A stretch of 64,000 nucleotides of DNA from Mobula hypostoma (GCF_963921235.1 NC_086108.1:4092001-4156000), one strand, 5' to 3'; shown: positions 37,916 to 51,824, counted from the stretch's first letter. The notes: generated from the letters alone by a model not told the origin. A program made the numbers and translations.

Positions 37916-39974
37916 GTAATTTACTTTATATGTACGATTAATGATCAGAATACCAGAACTGGTCCTCAAAATTTGCAAGCAATTGCTGGATCCATAAATT
38001 TCTCTGGAGAGGTGAGTTGGCCTGAGGGTATTTATACTTGGGTACTATTCAAAGGCTTACAAAGGACACTGAAGATTAATAGATTGTATGCTGGGAGAGT
38101 CAAGCTGGTGGAATGCGTGCATGTGGGAACAATAGATAGTGACTTGCTTACCCAAGCCCATCATCCCTGCTGGGGTCTTGGCTGCCAACAGCAGCTCACC
38201 AGAATCCTCTCTCCTGGAGCAGTTTTGTGAGTTGTCTCATGGCATAGCCCATCTTCCTCTCCTCTGGAGCTTCGGTTGGTGTTTCTGTCGCTCTGGTTTT
38301 TACAGGATGGGGTTGCTAACCTCGTGCCCAACCCTCCTTTCACAGCCAGGCTTGACACAGAATGGTGGAAAGTGCGATCATTCAAACTTGGATCGCACCA
38401 GTGAGTGATGCAAAGTGTCGGGGACTGGGTCTGGATACGGGGTTTGTGCCTGTAATTATAAGGTGACATAATAGTGTAATGGTATAACCTTGGCAACCGG
38501 TGAACGGGGCTCAATTCCCGCTGTTATCTGTAAGGAGTTTGTATGTTCTTCCTGTGAGCGAGTGGGTTTCCTCCGGGTGCTCTGGTTTCCTCCCGTGTTC
38601 TAAAGACGTACAGGTTAGGGATGGTGAGTTGTGGACTGCGTTGGTCATTGATGCAAATGATACATTTCGCTATGTTTCGATGTACGTGTAACAGAGGGAA
38701 TCTTTATCTTTAATTATTGATAGCCTATCATGACAGCACCCATCCAAGGAACAGTGGCTGAGTTTGGGTCATGAGAGTATCTGTAGATGCCGGAAATCCA
38801 GAGCAACACTGATAATAAGCTGGAGGAACTCTGCAGGCCAGGCAGCATCTGTGGAAAAGAGTGAAGAATCTACATTTCATGAAGGGTCTCGGCCCGAAAC
38901 GTTGACTCATTTCTGTAGATGCTGCCTGACCTGCTGAGTTCCCCCAGTGTTTTGTTTGTTGCTGGACTACACGAAACTGAATACTCCTGGACTGCTGGTT
39001 CAATGTTTGATATTCTGTGTTGCTGGCTGGCTTTTTGCTGTTTGCACTATTTCTTCTTTTTACGCCTTGGGTGCTTGATGTTTTCTTGAACGGTTTTCAC
39101 GGCTGCCTGTGGGAGGACAAATCTCAGAGTTCTGTTCGGTATACATAATTTAATAATGAATCTTTGAAAAGTGCTGTTTGCATTAATGGCCAACACACCC
39201 AAAATGTGCTGGGGGGCAGCCTGCAAGGGTGACCACTCATTCCAGACTCGCAACGCTCAGCGCAAGCAGCAAAAGCAGCTCCGCTTCTCCCTCCCGCCGC
39301 TGCCCCCTGACCCCGAGATCGTCCATCTTCTTCGATTTCCAGCCAGCCGCGGAGTTGGACTTGATTCATCGGCAGCAGATTTTATAAATATCCTCCCCTC
39401 TTTTGCATTTCTGGTGAGAAATTCTCTGCCTGCCTTGAGAGAAGTTGCTGCAGTTTTACTTTGCTCCGCTCTATTGAAATGGTTTCCAGAGTAACGTGAG
39501 GGTGCTTAGTCAGCATTCACGCGCTCTGAGCCCTGGCATGCATCCACCTCATTGATGAGAGCATAGAACTCGCAATGGAGTAGCTCAGGAACGAACCCTT
39601 TGGCTTACAGTATCTGTGCTGAACACAAAACCAAGTTCAACAGGCCCCCTCCTGCCTGCACACCATCTGTATCTCTCTTTGAGGCCCTCCGATAGGCGTC
39701 ATGGTGGTGTAGTGGTTAGCACCGCGCTTTACAGTACCAGCGACCCAGGTTCAATTCCTGTCTCTGCCTCGAAGGAGCTTGGGTGTTCTCCCTGTGACCG
39801 CGTGGATTTCCTCCGGGTGCTCTGGTTTCCACCCACAGTCCAAGGATGTATACCAGTTGCTCGGTTAATTACTCATTGCAGCTTGTCCTGTGATTAAACC
39901 AGGGTTAAATCGGGGGTTGCCAGGCAGTGTGGCTCCAACAGTGTGTTCTGCGCTGTATCGCAATAAATAAATGG

Positions 39975-40470
39975 ATGATGTGTCCCTGCTGTCTACGTGA
40001 CACACAAGCCTGGGCAGTACGACATGGAGAGCAAGCTGTTGCCCGTGTGGCGAGCTCTCCCTCTCCACGCAGCTGATGAACCCAAGGGAACGGCAGATAC
40101 TGGTACATTTTGGCAGCATCGTGGGAGTTGCCCGTCAGTGTTGAACTCAATGTAGGACTGCCGTAGGGACTCCAGCTCCGGATTTTTCCCCTCGAGGTTT
40201 ACTCCCAAAGCCTTCCCCATGAGTGGGTACAGCCGCAAGGCAGCGGATGTTTGAGATTAGAGTTTTCCTTCTAGACGAGCTGACGAGCCCCCCCTGCCTG
40301 AAGCAACTGTCTTAAGGTGCAGTAACCCATCTTTACCCCTTCTGTCAGTCAAAATGGTCCTGCCAAGCCACATGCGAAGGCCAGGAGCTGGTCTTGGTTG
40401 TTGGAGGCTATTTGAGATGCACGCCATTGGGAGCATTTAACAGGTAGTGGGAGCTTATCCCCACCACCAT
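39975..40470 (-). mobile_element. Family D RTE-like repeat
   Basis: Reverse complement of 5965-6530. Confidence 0.7.
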
Positions 40471-40849
40471 TCCTGAGGGTCCACGCGCACACGTACACAT
40501 ATACACACTTGCGGGCTGCGCTCAGCACATCCTCGGACCGTGTTGGTTGTGGATGCAAATGACACATTTCACTGTGTTTTGATGTACACGTGATTAGAAA
40601 TGAATCCTACTCAGCCTCCCCTATGTACCTGTTATCATTATCTGTCCTCTACGGAAGGAGTTTGTACGTTCTAGCCATGACTGTGTGCATTTCCTCCCAC
40701 TGTCCAAAGACATCCGGGTTTGCCTTAGTACGTGTGACAAAAGCACGGTGACGTGTGCGGGCTGCCCAGCACGATCCTTCCTGATTAGATCTGACGCGTT
40801 TTGCTATGTGACAAATAAGCTAATTTTAAAAAATATCTGAATTAATCTT

Positions 40850-41490
40850 CAAAGGGTGATGCTCACGAAGGTGGCATTCCCATCAGAACGCTCGCCTCGA
40901 GACCCAAAGATTGAGCAACCCACGTGGAGAGAACGAGCGTAATATACCAAAGCCGACGTGGTGACTGCCCCAAACTCTCTGTGGGACAGACGGGGAGAAG
41001 GCTAGCCACCGGACTGCATGAGCATCAGCTAGCCGTAGGAAGATATGATCCTCTGTCACTCATTTCTGTACATGGAGACCAAGAAGGACATGAGTTTGTC
41101 TGGGAAAATACAATATTCCTGGCAGAAGCCCAGAAGAAGAAATCAAGACAATTCTTAGAAGCTTGTTTCTCTAGTGAACTGGATGCAGTTTACGAACCTG
41201 TGCATCTGGGATCGGGGCCAAGGGGTGAACGTGGACACCCGAGGAACCAACGATCACAATGACCGATAATCGGGGACACGGGCCCACGATATCACCCAGC
41301 TATCCAGTTGGCCGGGACCCAGCGGAGGCCAGTGGCCAGTGTGACAGCCAGCCAATCAGAACAACGAGTTGGACCAATGATAACACAACCACTCGGCAGA
41401 AACAACACTCAGTTGCAAACTGACGTCATCTTGGCTGGTGATGAAACATCTGTGACCTGTCCTCCTGCCTCATCGAGCAGCCAGACCAAG
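40850..41490 (+). mobile_element. Second Penelope-like lineage, GIY-YIG remnant
   Basis: SVIYQ...DCPKLSVGQTGRRLATGLHEHQLAV...SLISVH....HEFVWENT.FLA......RQFLEA. Confidence 0.8.
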
Positions 41491-41707
41491 CTTCTGTCAT
41501 TTCAGAAGTGGCATTCCATCATGAAGTACCCTCTCCATTCTCGTAACCAAGCTAATCTTGATACTGACGCATCCTTGCACGTGTCCATCTCAAATGATTC
41601 ATGCGTGCTTCTGTGAGATGCCCAGAGATGTTTCCTGATGTTACAAAGTGCCATTCAGAAGGATAAGCATTGCTGATATTTGCAAATTCCTAATACATGT
41701 AAACTTC

Positions 41708-42235
41708 CACTCAGTGGCTACTTTATTAGATAAACCTGCTCATTAATTCAAATGTCTAATCAGTCAATCATGTGGCAGCAATTCAATACATCAAAGCTTG
41801 CAGAAATGGTGAAGAGGTTCAGTCGTTGTTCAGGCCAAGCATCAGAATGGGTGGAAAAATGGGATCTAAATGACTTTTGACCATAGACTGATTGTTGGTG
41901 CCAGACAGGGTGGTTCAAGCATCTCGGAAACCGCTGATCTCCTGGGGTTTTCAGGCACGACAGTCTGTAGAGTTTACAGAGAATGGTGCGAGAAACAAGA
42001 AAAACATCCAGTGAGTGGTAGTTCATTTTTTAGTAAGGGAGGTCAGACTGGCTCAAACTGACAGGAAGGAGACAGTAACTCAGAGAACTACATGTTTCAA
42101 CAGTGATGTGTCGAGTTTCTCTGAGCACATGTCCAACCTTAAATGGATGTGCTAGAGCTGCAGGATACCACAAACGTACTCTCAGTGGCTACATTATCAG
42201 GTACAAGAGGTACCTAATAAATTGGCCACTGAGTG
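41708..42235 (+). mobile_element. Tc1-derived non-autonomous element
   Basis: TIRs cactcagtggctactttattag / ctaataaattggccactgagtg-TA; HTH remnant GSSISETADLLGFSGTTVCRVYREW. Confidence 0.85.
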
Positions 42236-43317
42236 TATTTTGGAGTTAGTTAGTTACTGTCTGTTATACCGTGTGGCGTTTAGGGCAGCAATGAAGGTCC
42301 TCTGTCTCTCTGTCCTTGGCCCTCTTCTCTATTGTGCCCTCATTTCTGGTAAATTCTGTGACTTATTTGAATGAAATTTGCTACGAATACCCTTGAGGTT
42401 ATGAGGCTCAGTTGTTTGTCTTTTCAGCTCTCAGATGGGAACAAATCCTCAATGTTCAAGTGCAGGAAAAGGCGGGCTTTGTGTGGAGTTACTATACATG
42501 GGGATAACTCTTCTCTATCTCCATCTGGCGTACTGTGAGCCAATGGGGCAGCAGAGTTGTGTCATGACCTTCTGGAAATGCACCCTTCAGCAAAATCTTT
42601 ATGCAAGTGGACGGAAGTGGCTATTGATCTTGCGGCCGTTATTCCTCCATTAACGATCTGATCCTTGAAATGGCCGAGGCCTGAAGCAGAACCATTGACT
42701 CTGCTCCAATAATGGATGGGAGGAGAGAGGGTGTTTGGACGGCGTTTTGTACTTTGGCTTGGGGCCCAGCACTGCTTTGACTTGGGAGTGAGACTTCAGG
42801 AAGCCTATATCCATTATAAAACTTCCCTATTAAATTTTGAAATCTTCCTGAAGTTATCAGTAGCCCTATTCCGTCTATTAGTAGAAAATAGACCACGGTT
42901 TATTTAACCTTTTTATTTATTGACAGAGAGTGCAGACAGGCCCTTCCGTCCCTTTGAGTCACGCTGCCCAGCAGCCTCTGATTTAACTCTAGCCTAATCA
43001 CAGGACAGTTTACAATGACCAGTTGACCTACCAACGGGAGACGGTTGGAGGAAACTGAGGCAGCCCACGCAGCCATGGGGAGGATGCGCACACTCCTCAC
43101 AGACGACCAACGGGAATAGAACCCCGGTCACCCATGCTGGAAAGGGTTGTGCCAACCACAACGCTGGCCTGCTGCCCCAGGCTGGTGTGCGCCTGCAGCT
43201 GTCTGCACTATGAGGTGACTGAGAAGGGGCAAAGCCAATTTGCCCCAAGCAAATTATTCCACCTACCAAGGAAGACTGTTTCTCTGGGGTGCAGAATTAA
43301 TGAGGGCTGATTATACT

Positions 43318-43650
43318 TGGCAGGTGGTGTACCAAAGGAGGTGTGAGGCACCTAGCCTGCAGGTCACCCTTGGGCAAGGTGTAGCTACCCCCCCCCCCCC
43401 GATCAGGGTCACGTGAAGCCACGGGAGCAGGTGGTGCATATCACAAGTCCTGGTTATGTGACCACTGACACCAGACAGACAATCCCTGAAGAGTATTGAT
43501 AATGGCTGGGGGTCACCCGTCTTGTAAAGACACTGCCCAGAAGAAGGCAATGGCAAACCACTTCTGTAGGAAAATTTGCCCATAACAATCATGGGCATGG
43601 AAAGACCGTGATCGCCCACATCATGTGACACGGCACATAATGTTGACGAT
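43318..43650 (+). mobile_element. RTE-related SINE (family B)
   Basis: gaagaaggcaatggcaaaccacttctg tail motif. Confidence 0.75.
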
Positions 43651-45567
43651 AATTCTTGACGTGAGGGACATGACAGAGTAGTTTCTGAGATGTTTCTACT
43701 CCTTGCAAAATTTTGAATGAGAAGATGGGCTACAATCTGTGGTTGAAGGATATGAGGCTATAGCCAGAGGAACAGATTTAGGTCATTTGGCCTATCAGAT
43801 CTGCTCCACCATTCCATCATGGCTAATTTATTATCCCTCTCAATCCCATTCTCCTACCATAACCCTTGACACCCTTACTAATCAAGACCCTGTCAATCTC
43901 TGCTTTAAACACACTTAATAACTTGGCAATGAATTCCCCAGATTTGCCACTCTCTGGCAGAAGAAATTCTTTTTCATCCCTGTTCTAAAGGGATTTCCTT
44001 CTATTCTGAGACTGCCCTCTGGACGAGACTCTCTCACTATCCCCTCCATGTCCACTCTACTTTCCATTCAAGGGTATTGGTGTTTCCATACCAGACCAGT
44101 CACTAGATATATATAGCCCTTCAAGAGGACCACAACCCCTTGTTGGGTTTGGACACTTGCATGCCTCAATGACCTGGAGAGCTATGCTGGTTGGAATCAG
44201 GGCTTTGTGCTTTGCCTCTTTGTAGGATCACTCATGCCAAACAGGTCAAAGGGTAGAGGCCAGACAGAGTGGTCCACCGGTCCTCCAGGTTCAGGGGTTC
44301 AGCTCGGAGCTAACAACCCTGACTGGCCAAGAAAGTATTGTTATAGGAACAGCATTGAAGAATCCTTCCATACAGACAGAGATGCTGCCCTGAATGCCAG
44401 TGGTGTAACGGGTAGTAATTAAAATATATCTGTAGAAGTTTGTCAAAGTTTCTGATGTTGTGCTGAATCCTCACAAACTCCTAAAGAAGTAGAAGGGCTG
44501 CCGTGCTTTCTTCTTAAAGTGCTGGGCCTAAGACTAGTTCCCCGAAATAATAAAACCAAGGAATTCATAGTTGCTGACCCTCTCCACCTCTGATCCTCTG
44601 ATTAGAAGTTGTTTTTTCCCTCCGAGTCCTGATGAAGGGTCTCAGTCCAAAGCGTCGACTGTTTACTTCTTTTCCACGGATGCTGCCTGACCTGCTGAGT
44701 TCGTCCAGCATTCTGTGTGTGTTTCTCTTCCCACCCCCGCCTCCCCCCACCATCGGGTTTCGGAGTAGTTCATGAACACTACATCACTACCTCCTTCCTT
44801 TCTTCCACTATTTACTTTTGTAGCTTATAATTTCTAAGACTTGCTCTGCGCTGCTGTCACTAAACAACAAACCTCACATCATATAATTCAGTGCTAATAA
44901 ACCAGATTCTGACATTTGTGAGAGTTGGATCTATAGCCTGACTCCCCCAGGAATAGATGGATGCTGTTGGTATTGATTCCTAGTCAAAGCGGTTTGCAGG
45001 AAGTATTGGCTTGGGATGTAGTTTGTCGGTAATTTGAGATCTCAGAAGGGGTAACAGTGGTTTGGGACCTCTGGGCAAAGCTGTCACCTATTGGGACTGT
45101 AAGTGGGTCTTTTGTGGATTCATTGACCAGCTGACTGCCATGGCAACTCCTCGTTGTATAATTCAACTATCAGCAGTAAGCCGCCTTTGGTAGCACCTCT
45201 TCCACCCCTTCTGGGGAGTCGGATAGAATTTTTATTTTGCTTTTATTGAGATGCAATGCAAAACAGACCCTTCCCGCCCTCTGAGCCCCACCGCCCAGCG
45301 AGCCCCCGAGTTAACCCTAGCCTAATCACAGGGCAATTTACAATGACCAATTAACCTACCATCTGAACGTCTGTGAACTGTGGGAGGAAACCGGAGCCCC
45401 CGGAGGAAACCCACGCAGTCACGGGAAGAACGTACAGACTCCTTACAGGCAGCGGCAGGAATTGAACCCGGGTCACTAATACCATAAAGCGTTGTGCTGA
45501 CCACTACACTGGTGTGATGTACCCTTGATAAATTTATCAGGTGACACATTTCACTGTAACAAATCCA

Positions 45568-45872
45568 TAAAAGGCATCCGTTAGTCTTGCGAGACCATGG
45601 ATCTGCGTCTGGGAAGTCTTCACTCTCCAGGGCGCAGGCCTGGGCAAGGTTGTATGGAAGACCGGCAGTTGCCCATGCTGCAAGTCTCCCCTCTCCACGA
45701 CACCGATGTTGTCCAAGGGAAGGGCATTAGGACCCATACAGCTTGGCACCAGTGTCGTCGCAGAGCAATGTGTGCTTAAGTGCCTTGCTCAAGGACACAA
45801 CACGCTGCCTCGGCTGGGGCTCGAACTCACGACCTTCAGATCACTAGTCCAATACCTTAACCACGTACCCAC
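45568..45872 (-). mobile_element. tRNA-derived SINE (family C)
   Basis: Reverse complement of 22013-22312. Confidence 0.8.
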
Positions 45873-46150
45873 ACAACAAATCCATATGACTTGATAAACT
45901 CACAAACATGATACTGGAGGAACTCAGGAATTTCAAAGTTCATTTATTATCAAAGTATGTCTACTATAAACAACCTTGAGATTCGTCTCCTTACAGGGCA
46001 GCCACAACCCAAAGAAACCCAAAGGAACCCATTTAAAAAACACAGTCAAACACCCAACGTGCAAAGAGAGAAAAAAACAAATCATGCAAGCAGTAAAAGT
46101 AAGCAAATAACATTCAGAGTGAAAGTGAGGCCACAGTCAGAGCTGAGTAA

Positions 46151-46850
46151 AGGCTGATTTATACTTCTGCGTACTAGCCTACGCAAGTGGCCTAGGCCAT
46201 TGTGAGCATTTATACTTGTGCGTTAGTGTGTCTGCGTCTCTCTGCAATTCACCCCTAGTTGGCGGTGGGGTTTCTATGCCACTGTGTTGAGTTTCTGCAT
46301 GTTGAAACTCAACACGCAGAAACTCAAACTTCAAACGATGGTGACTGAAACTGAAGGAGGGTGAATTTTCTGTGCTCGTCTGGCCACTGAGAGACATGGA
46401 CGAGGAAATGCATTTCAAATATTTTTGGATGTCGGCAGGTAGATTTGACGATTTGGTTCATTGTCTCCAGCCATCAGTGTACGCACAGTATACTCAGAGA
46501 CTGGGAACCACCATTCGAGTTTTAGCTTCAGGTGGAAGTCAACAGGCTGTAGCAGCTAGCTACAAACTGGTGTCAAACAAAGGGTCCTCCCTAATTTCGG
46601 AGGTCTGTAAGGCTTTATGGAAAGCATTGCAGCCAGAGTTCCCTCCCTGTCCTTCAGTCGCCCAATGGGAAGCTATTGCAGCGTAGGAGGAATTGCGATG
46701 CTGCCAAGCGGACCAATCACAGTTGTTGCGATCTGCGTCACCGCAATGCGTAGTTACATTTTTGGGGAGGTGCGCTTCAGGCTACGGCGTAGGGTACGCG
46801 GCTACACCGTACCTACGGCATAGATTTGACGCAGAGGTATAAATTGGCCT
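46151..46850 (+). mobile_element. PIF/Harbinger internally deleted transposon, 700 bp
   Basis: TIRs aggctgatttatacttctgcgt / acgcagaggtataaattggcct; TAA on both sides; HARBI1-like N-terminal remnant [14 protein letters not shown]...[10 protein letters not shown]...[13 protein letters not shown]. Confidence 0.9.
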
Positions 46851-49800
46851 TAAGCATCACGGAGCAGTGAGCAGAACTGGCCTGACCCTCGCCTCTGGTC
46901 CCGACATCTTTTCAATCTGGTCAGGCAGCATCTATGGAGCGGAATAAGCTGTTCTGGGCCAAGAACCTTCATCAAGATGGGAAAGAAGCCTGAAATAGAA
47001 GGGTGGGGAGAAGAAGGGGGACAGGCTGGAAGGTGATGGGTGAGACCAGGTGGGTGAAGCAAGAAGCTGGGATGTGATCGGTGGAAAAGGTAGAGGGGCT
47101 GAAGAAGGAATCTGATAGGAGAGGAGAATGAACCATGGGGGAAAGGGAAGGAGGAGGGGTAGCAGAGGGAGGTGGTGGGAAGGCGAGGAGCAGAGGTAAG
47201 AGGCCAGGGTGGAGAATTGAAGAAGAGGGAAGGGGGAGAAACTGGTGTTCATGCCATGGAGGCTACCTAGAGAGGATCTGAGGGGTGGTTCTTCCATCCT
47301 GAGAGGGTGTTCTAGGGACAGCCCAGTTGTGTTGCCAACACAATGTGTTCAGTGTTCGACAGAATAACACTCGTAGGAGCAGCTAAGCAAGTCCCTTCTC
47401 CACCCACACAGAGACTCCCAACCCTCGAACAGCCTCCAGCGTTGGCATACCTCAATAAATCCGTAGAATAATACCCAAAACAGAATCAGTTTATCATTGA
47501 AGTATACACACGTCTCCATACACAATGCTGAGATTAATTTTCCTGTGGGCATTCTCAGTAACTCTACAGAGTCAATAAAAGACTGCCCAGCTAGGCTGTT
47601 TAACCAAAGTGCAAATGACAAGAAACTATGCAAATAAGAAAAGAAGGAAATAATGATAGTAAATAACATTGTGGGAACATTTCGGTGATGAGGTGAGTGA
47701 AGCTGAGTGAGGTTATCCCCTCTGGTTCAACAGCCTGCTGGTTGAGGAGTAATAACTGTTCCTGAACCTGGTGGTGAGGGTCCAGGGGCTCCTGTACCAC
47801 CTTCCTGATGGCGGCCGCAGCACGGAGAGAGCGTGTCCTGGTTGGTGGGGGTCTCTGATGATGGACTGCTTTCCTGCCACAACACTGTGTAGATGTGTTC
47901 AGTGGTGGGGGAGGGCTGTATCCAGTACTACTTGTAGGATTTTTTCCTTCAAGGACATTAGTGTTTCCACACTGTACAACTTTCTTAAAGAGCTTATTGA
48001 TTATAATAAATCAATATCAATACTTTAAAGGTATTTCACCACTGCTTGGAGGAAGTTCCCCAGTGTGGGCTGCTGAAAGGATGTGGCACTGTAACGTAGC
48101 GGTTAGCGTAACGCTGTCCCGTGCCAGTGGTCGCCAGTCGGGGTTCAGTTCCCTCTGCTGTCTGTAAGGAGTTTGTATGCTAACCCTGAGATCGTGTGGG
48201 TTTCCTCCAGGTGCTGGGGTTTTCTCCCACAGTCCAAAGACAGAGGTGTTGGAGGTGGTGACTGTGGGCATGCGGTGTTGGTGTGGGCACACCAGTGGGC
48301 TACCACCAGCACATCCTGCGTTGGTTGTTGAGGCAAAACGAGACGTTTCACTGTGTGTGTGCTCTGATGTCACTGTGACAAACCACTTCAGTAGCAAAGT
48401 TTTCCAGGAATAATCACGGTCATTAGCCGGCTGGTGGTGCAGTGGCCACACTGGACTTCGAGGCGAGTAGTTCCAGGTTCGAATCTGGTGGGCTCCTTGC
48501 ACACTTTCCATCCATGCTGGGTTGAGTGTCAAGATAGCAACTCTGCCTCTTTTTAAAAAAAAGACAAAAATGTTACAGAAACAGTAAGTTTGCTGACGGA
48601 TGTGTGCGTGAGGCGTGGGAGGATATTATTAATCATGGTCAAGGAAAGACCACGATTCCACGTCAAACAACACGGCACGCAATGACCATGATGGCATTGT
48701 CAAAGACAGCAGCTGATCTGTATTCATCTAGGTTTCCCAGCCATGTACCAGTAAGCAATGGCCGTCTAGGTTCTGGAGCTGAATATTAGCGTTGGGCATC
48801 TTGTGACTGTTACATCCATCCAGAAGTTTGCACGGTTTGGAAATGGAGCCCCAGATAGGTGCAGTGACTTGCCGGGATGTTTCCAGGGATGGAGGATGCC
48901 TGTTGCAAGGTGTTGCACTGGAAAAGCTAGGGTGGTCCTCGAGGAATCAGTGAATGTTGAGGAAAATCAAACAAGCCACAGATGCTGGAAGTCTGAAATA
49001 AAACTGGAAAACACTGGTAGACTTGGGTCAGGCAGCAAATGTGGAAAGAAACGGTTAACATGCTCTGTCCGTGACTCTTCCTCAGTTTGACTTGAAATAT
49101 TAACCATTTCTGCCTCAACCTACTGACTCACTTACGAGGACGTGTTCTCAGTATTATTTATTTGCACAGTTTGTTGTCTTTTTTGCACGTTGGTTGTTTG
49201 TCAGTCTTTGTGTGTAGTTTTTCATTGATTCTATTGTATTGCTTTGTGTCTACTGTGACTGCCTGCAAGAAAGTGAATCTCAGCTGCATATGGTGACATA
49301 TATGCACTTTGATAATAAAGTTACTTTGAACTTTTGTTCTGTGACCTGAGTTTTTTTCAGAAGTTTCTCTTGAGAGCTGATTTGATAAAGATGTGCAAAT
49401 GCTGGGTGGAGTGTTTTCCACAGCATCTTTGAGGGCAAATTTAAATCCAAATTAGTTGTAATAACACCGACATAAATTGTGAAATTTGTTAACTTTGCGG
49501 TAGCAGGACAATGCAGAATATGATAGCAGAGAGAGAGAGTGTGTGTTTGTTCTGTAATGATGGACGCTGCCTTTTTGAGGCATCAGCTTTTCAAGATATC
49601 CTGGATACTACAGAGGCCAATGCCCATGATGGAATTGACTAACTTTACAACTCTCTGTGGCTTATTTTTGATCCTATGCAATGCTCCCCCATCCCTGTAC
49701 CCGACAGTGATGCGGCCAGTCAGAATGCTCTCCACGGTTTATCGGTAGAAATTTCACTACAACAGTTCACTAGTGTGCGATGTCCCGTCTTGCCTCACGG

Positions 49801-50154
49801 CTAGTGAAGTGCGATTGAAGAGTAAATATTGTGGTAATGCTGCTGCCAATTACTACGCAGCAAGCTCCCATGGTGATTCAGCAGTGAACACATCACTTTG
49901 TGGTGTTGCTTGAGCTAAATGTTGGATATGCCCTGGGCTGGTGACTGTGTTTGCCTGTTGGGTAATTTTATTTATCTGGAGATACAGCACGATAACAGGC
50001 TTTCCCGGCCTACACTGGTGTGACGATTAACCTACAAACCCGCGTGTCCTGGGAAACTGGAGCGTGGTGAGGAAACACACGTGGTAATATGGAGAACATA
50101 AAACCTCCTTACACACAAAAGTAGGATTGATCCCAGGTTGCTGGTGTGGTGACA

Positions 50155-50635
50155 CAGAGGCTCACGAACGTGATTCCAGGACTGAAAGCCTTGTCATATG
50201 AGGAGCGTGATGGCTCTGGGCCTGTATTCGCTGGAATTCAGAAGAATGAGGGGAGACCTCATTGAAACATCAAATGTTGAAAGGCCTCGAAAGACTGGAT
50301 GTGGGGAGGGTGTTTCCTATGGTGGGGGATTCTAAGACCAGAGGACACAGCCTCAGAATAGAGGGGCGTCCTTTTAGAACCGAGATGAGGAGAAATTTCT
50401 TTAGCCAAGGAGTGGTGAATCTGTGGAATTTGTTGCCACAGGTGGCTGTGAAGGTTAAGTCTTTATGTATATTTAAGGTAAAGGTTGATAGATTCTTTAT
50501 TAGTCAGGGCATGAAGGGATACGGGGAGAAGTCAGGAGATTGGAGCTGAGAGGGAAAGTGGATCAGCCATGATGAAATGGCGAAGCAGGCTCGATGGCTT
50601 AATACAGCTCCTAATATCTATGGTCTTTATGGTCT
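50155..50635 (+). mobile_element. CR1 LINE 3' fragment
   Basis: KTRGHSLRIEGRPFRTEMRRNFFSQGVVNLWNLLP. Confidence 0.88.
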
Positions 50636-51824
50636 AATCGTGTTACGCTAACTCCTGCACTACTGTGCTGCCCAAATCTACTATCTTCGTTGAGGGAAGG
50701 GAGTTTTCCAAAAGCTGTGGAACTGTCTTTCTAACTCATTATATATTTTCTTCCCTCCCCCCCACTCCCCCCGGTCCCCATTCTGGTTGATGCTCCTGAA
50801 CAACTCCTTCTGTGACTGATCTTTTACCTACATGCGGTAATTCCTATTAAAGCTCCTGTGAGATCTTTACCACGTTAAAGGTGTCAAATAAGCCTGAACA
50901 ACAGAAGTGGTGACTTTTTGATGCGAGCGTGAAGCAGTGACCGTCTGACGGGGCGCGTGCCACCGGCCGTTTGACGCAAGTGTGAATCTTTCTAACGTGA
51001 GCACGAAGCGATTACCTTTCAACGGCCGTGTGAAGCGGTTACTTATTTTTACACAATCCAGTCTGGATATTGGTTTAAATCGTTTCCCTTAGTGCAGAGC
51101 CGCAGAGCCCGCACCCGGCACGGGTGGGGGAGGGGAGGAGTGTGTTGACGTTGCTTTGGAGCAGCACATGCCTGATGTCATTCAGCGGGGGGACGTGGGG
51201 GTGGTCGGTATTTGGTGCACGTTCCGAAAGCGTCACAAAGCAGAAGTGTGGCTCTGAATAGGGCTCTGATATAATGGGGCATCCTGCCTCGACTGGAGTG
51301 TATAAAGGCAATTTGGCAGAAGGCTAAACAATGCATGGACAGATGGAGGGGGAGGGTGGGGGGGGTGGGTTTCAGATAATGACGGTGGACAGCCGCTGTT
51401 GGATTTGCACACTCCAGACTGGACTCTCGGCCGTGGACCACCCTCTAGCCAGTGTAAAGAACAGCAGGCTCACGAACACTGCTCTTCAGTCAACCACGAC
51501 GAAACTGCATTGTAAATTCAGACACCAGCCCATCTGATTTAAGGCAGAACGCCAGGAGAAACGTGAAACGTCTGTCGCACGAGCCTCTTTTCAAAGCATT
51601 CTTTCTGTGCCTCTAAATAGACATTAAAGATTCCTGGGCGGACGTCTCCTCGCCTTTTTGTAGAGGTGTAAAAATTCATGAGGGGCGTCAATTAGGTTTA
51701 ATGGTCTTTTACCCAGGCAAAGAGAACCAAGCTTAATTGCTTAATTTATTGTTTTTTATATGTGTTTCATATTGAAATTTATAGATACATATTTTGTACT
51801 GCAGAAAAACAACAAATTAATGAC

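Noticed and set aside
46372..46686. HARBI1 domesticated gene
   Set aside because: Short fragment between TIRs with a TSD; no catalytic core
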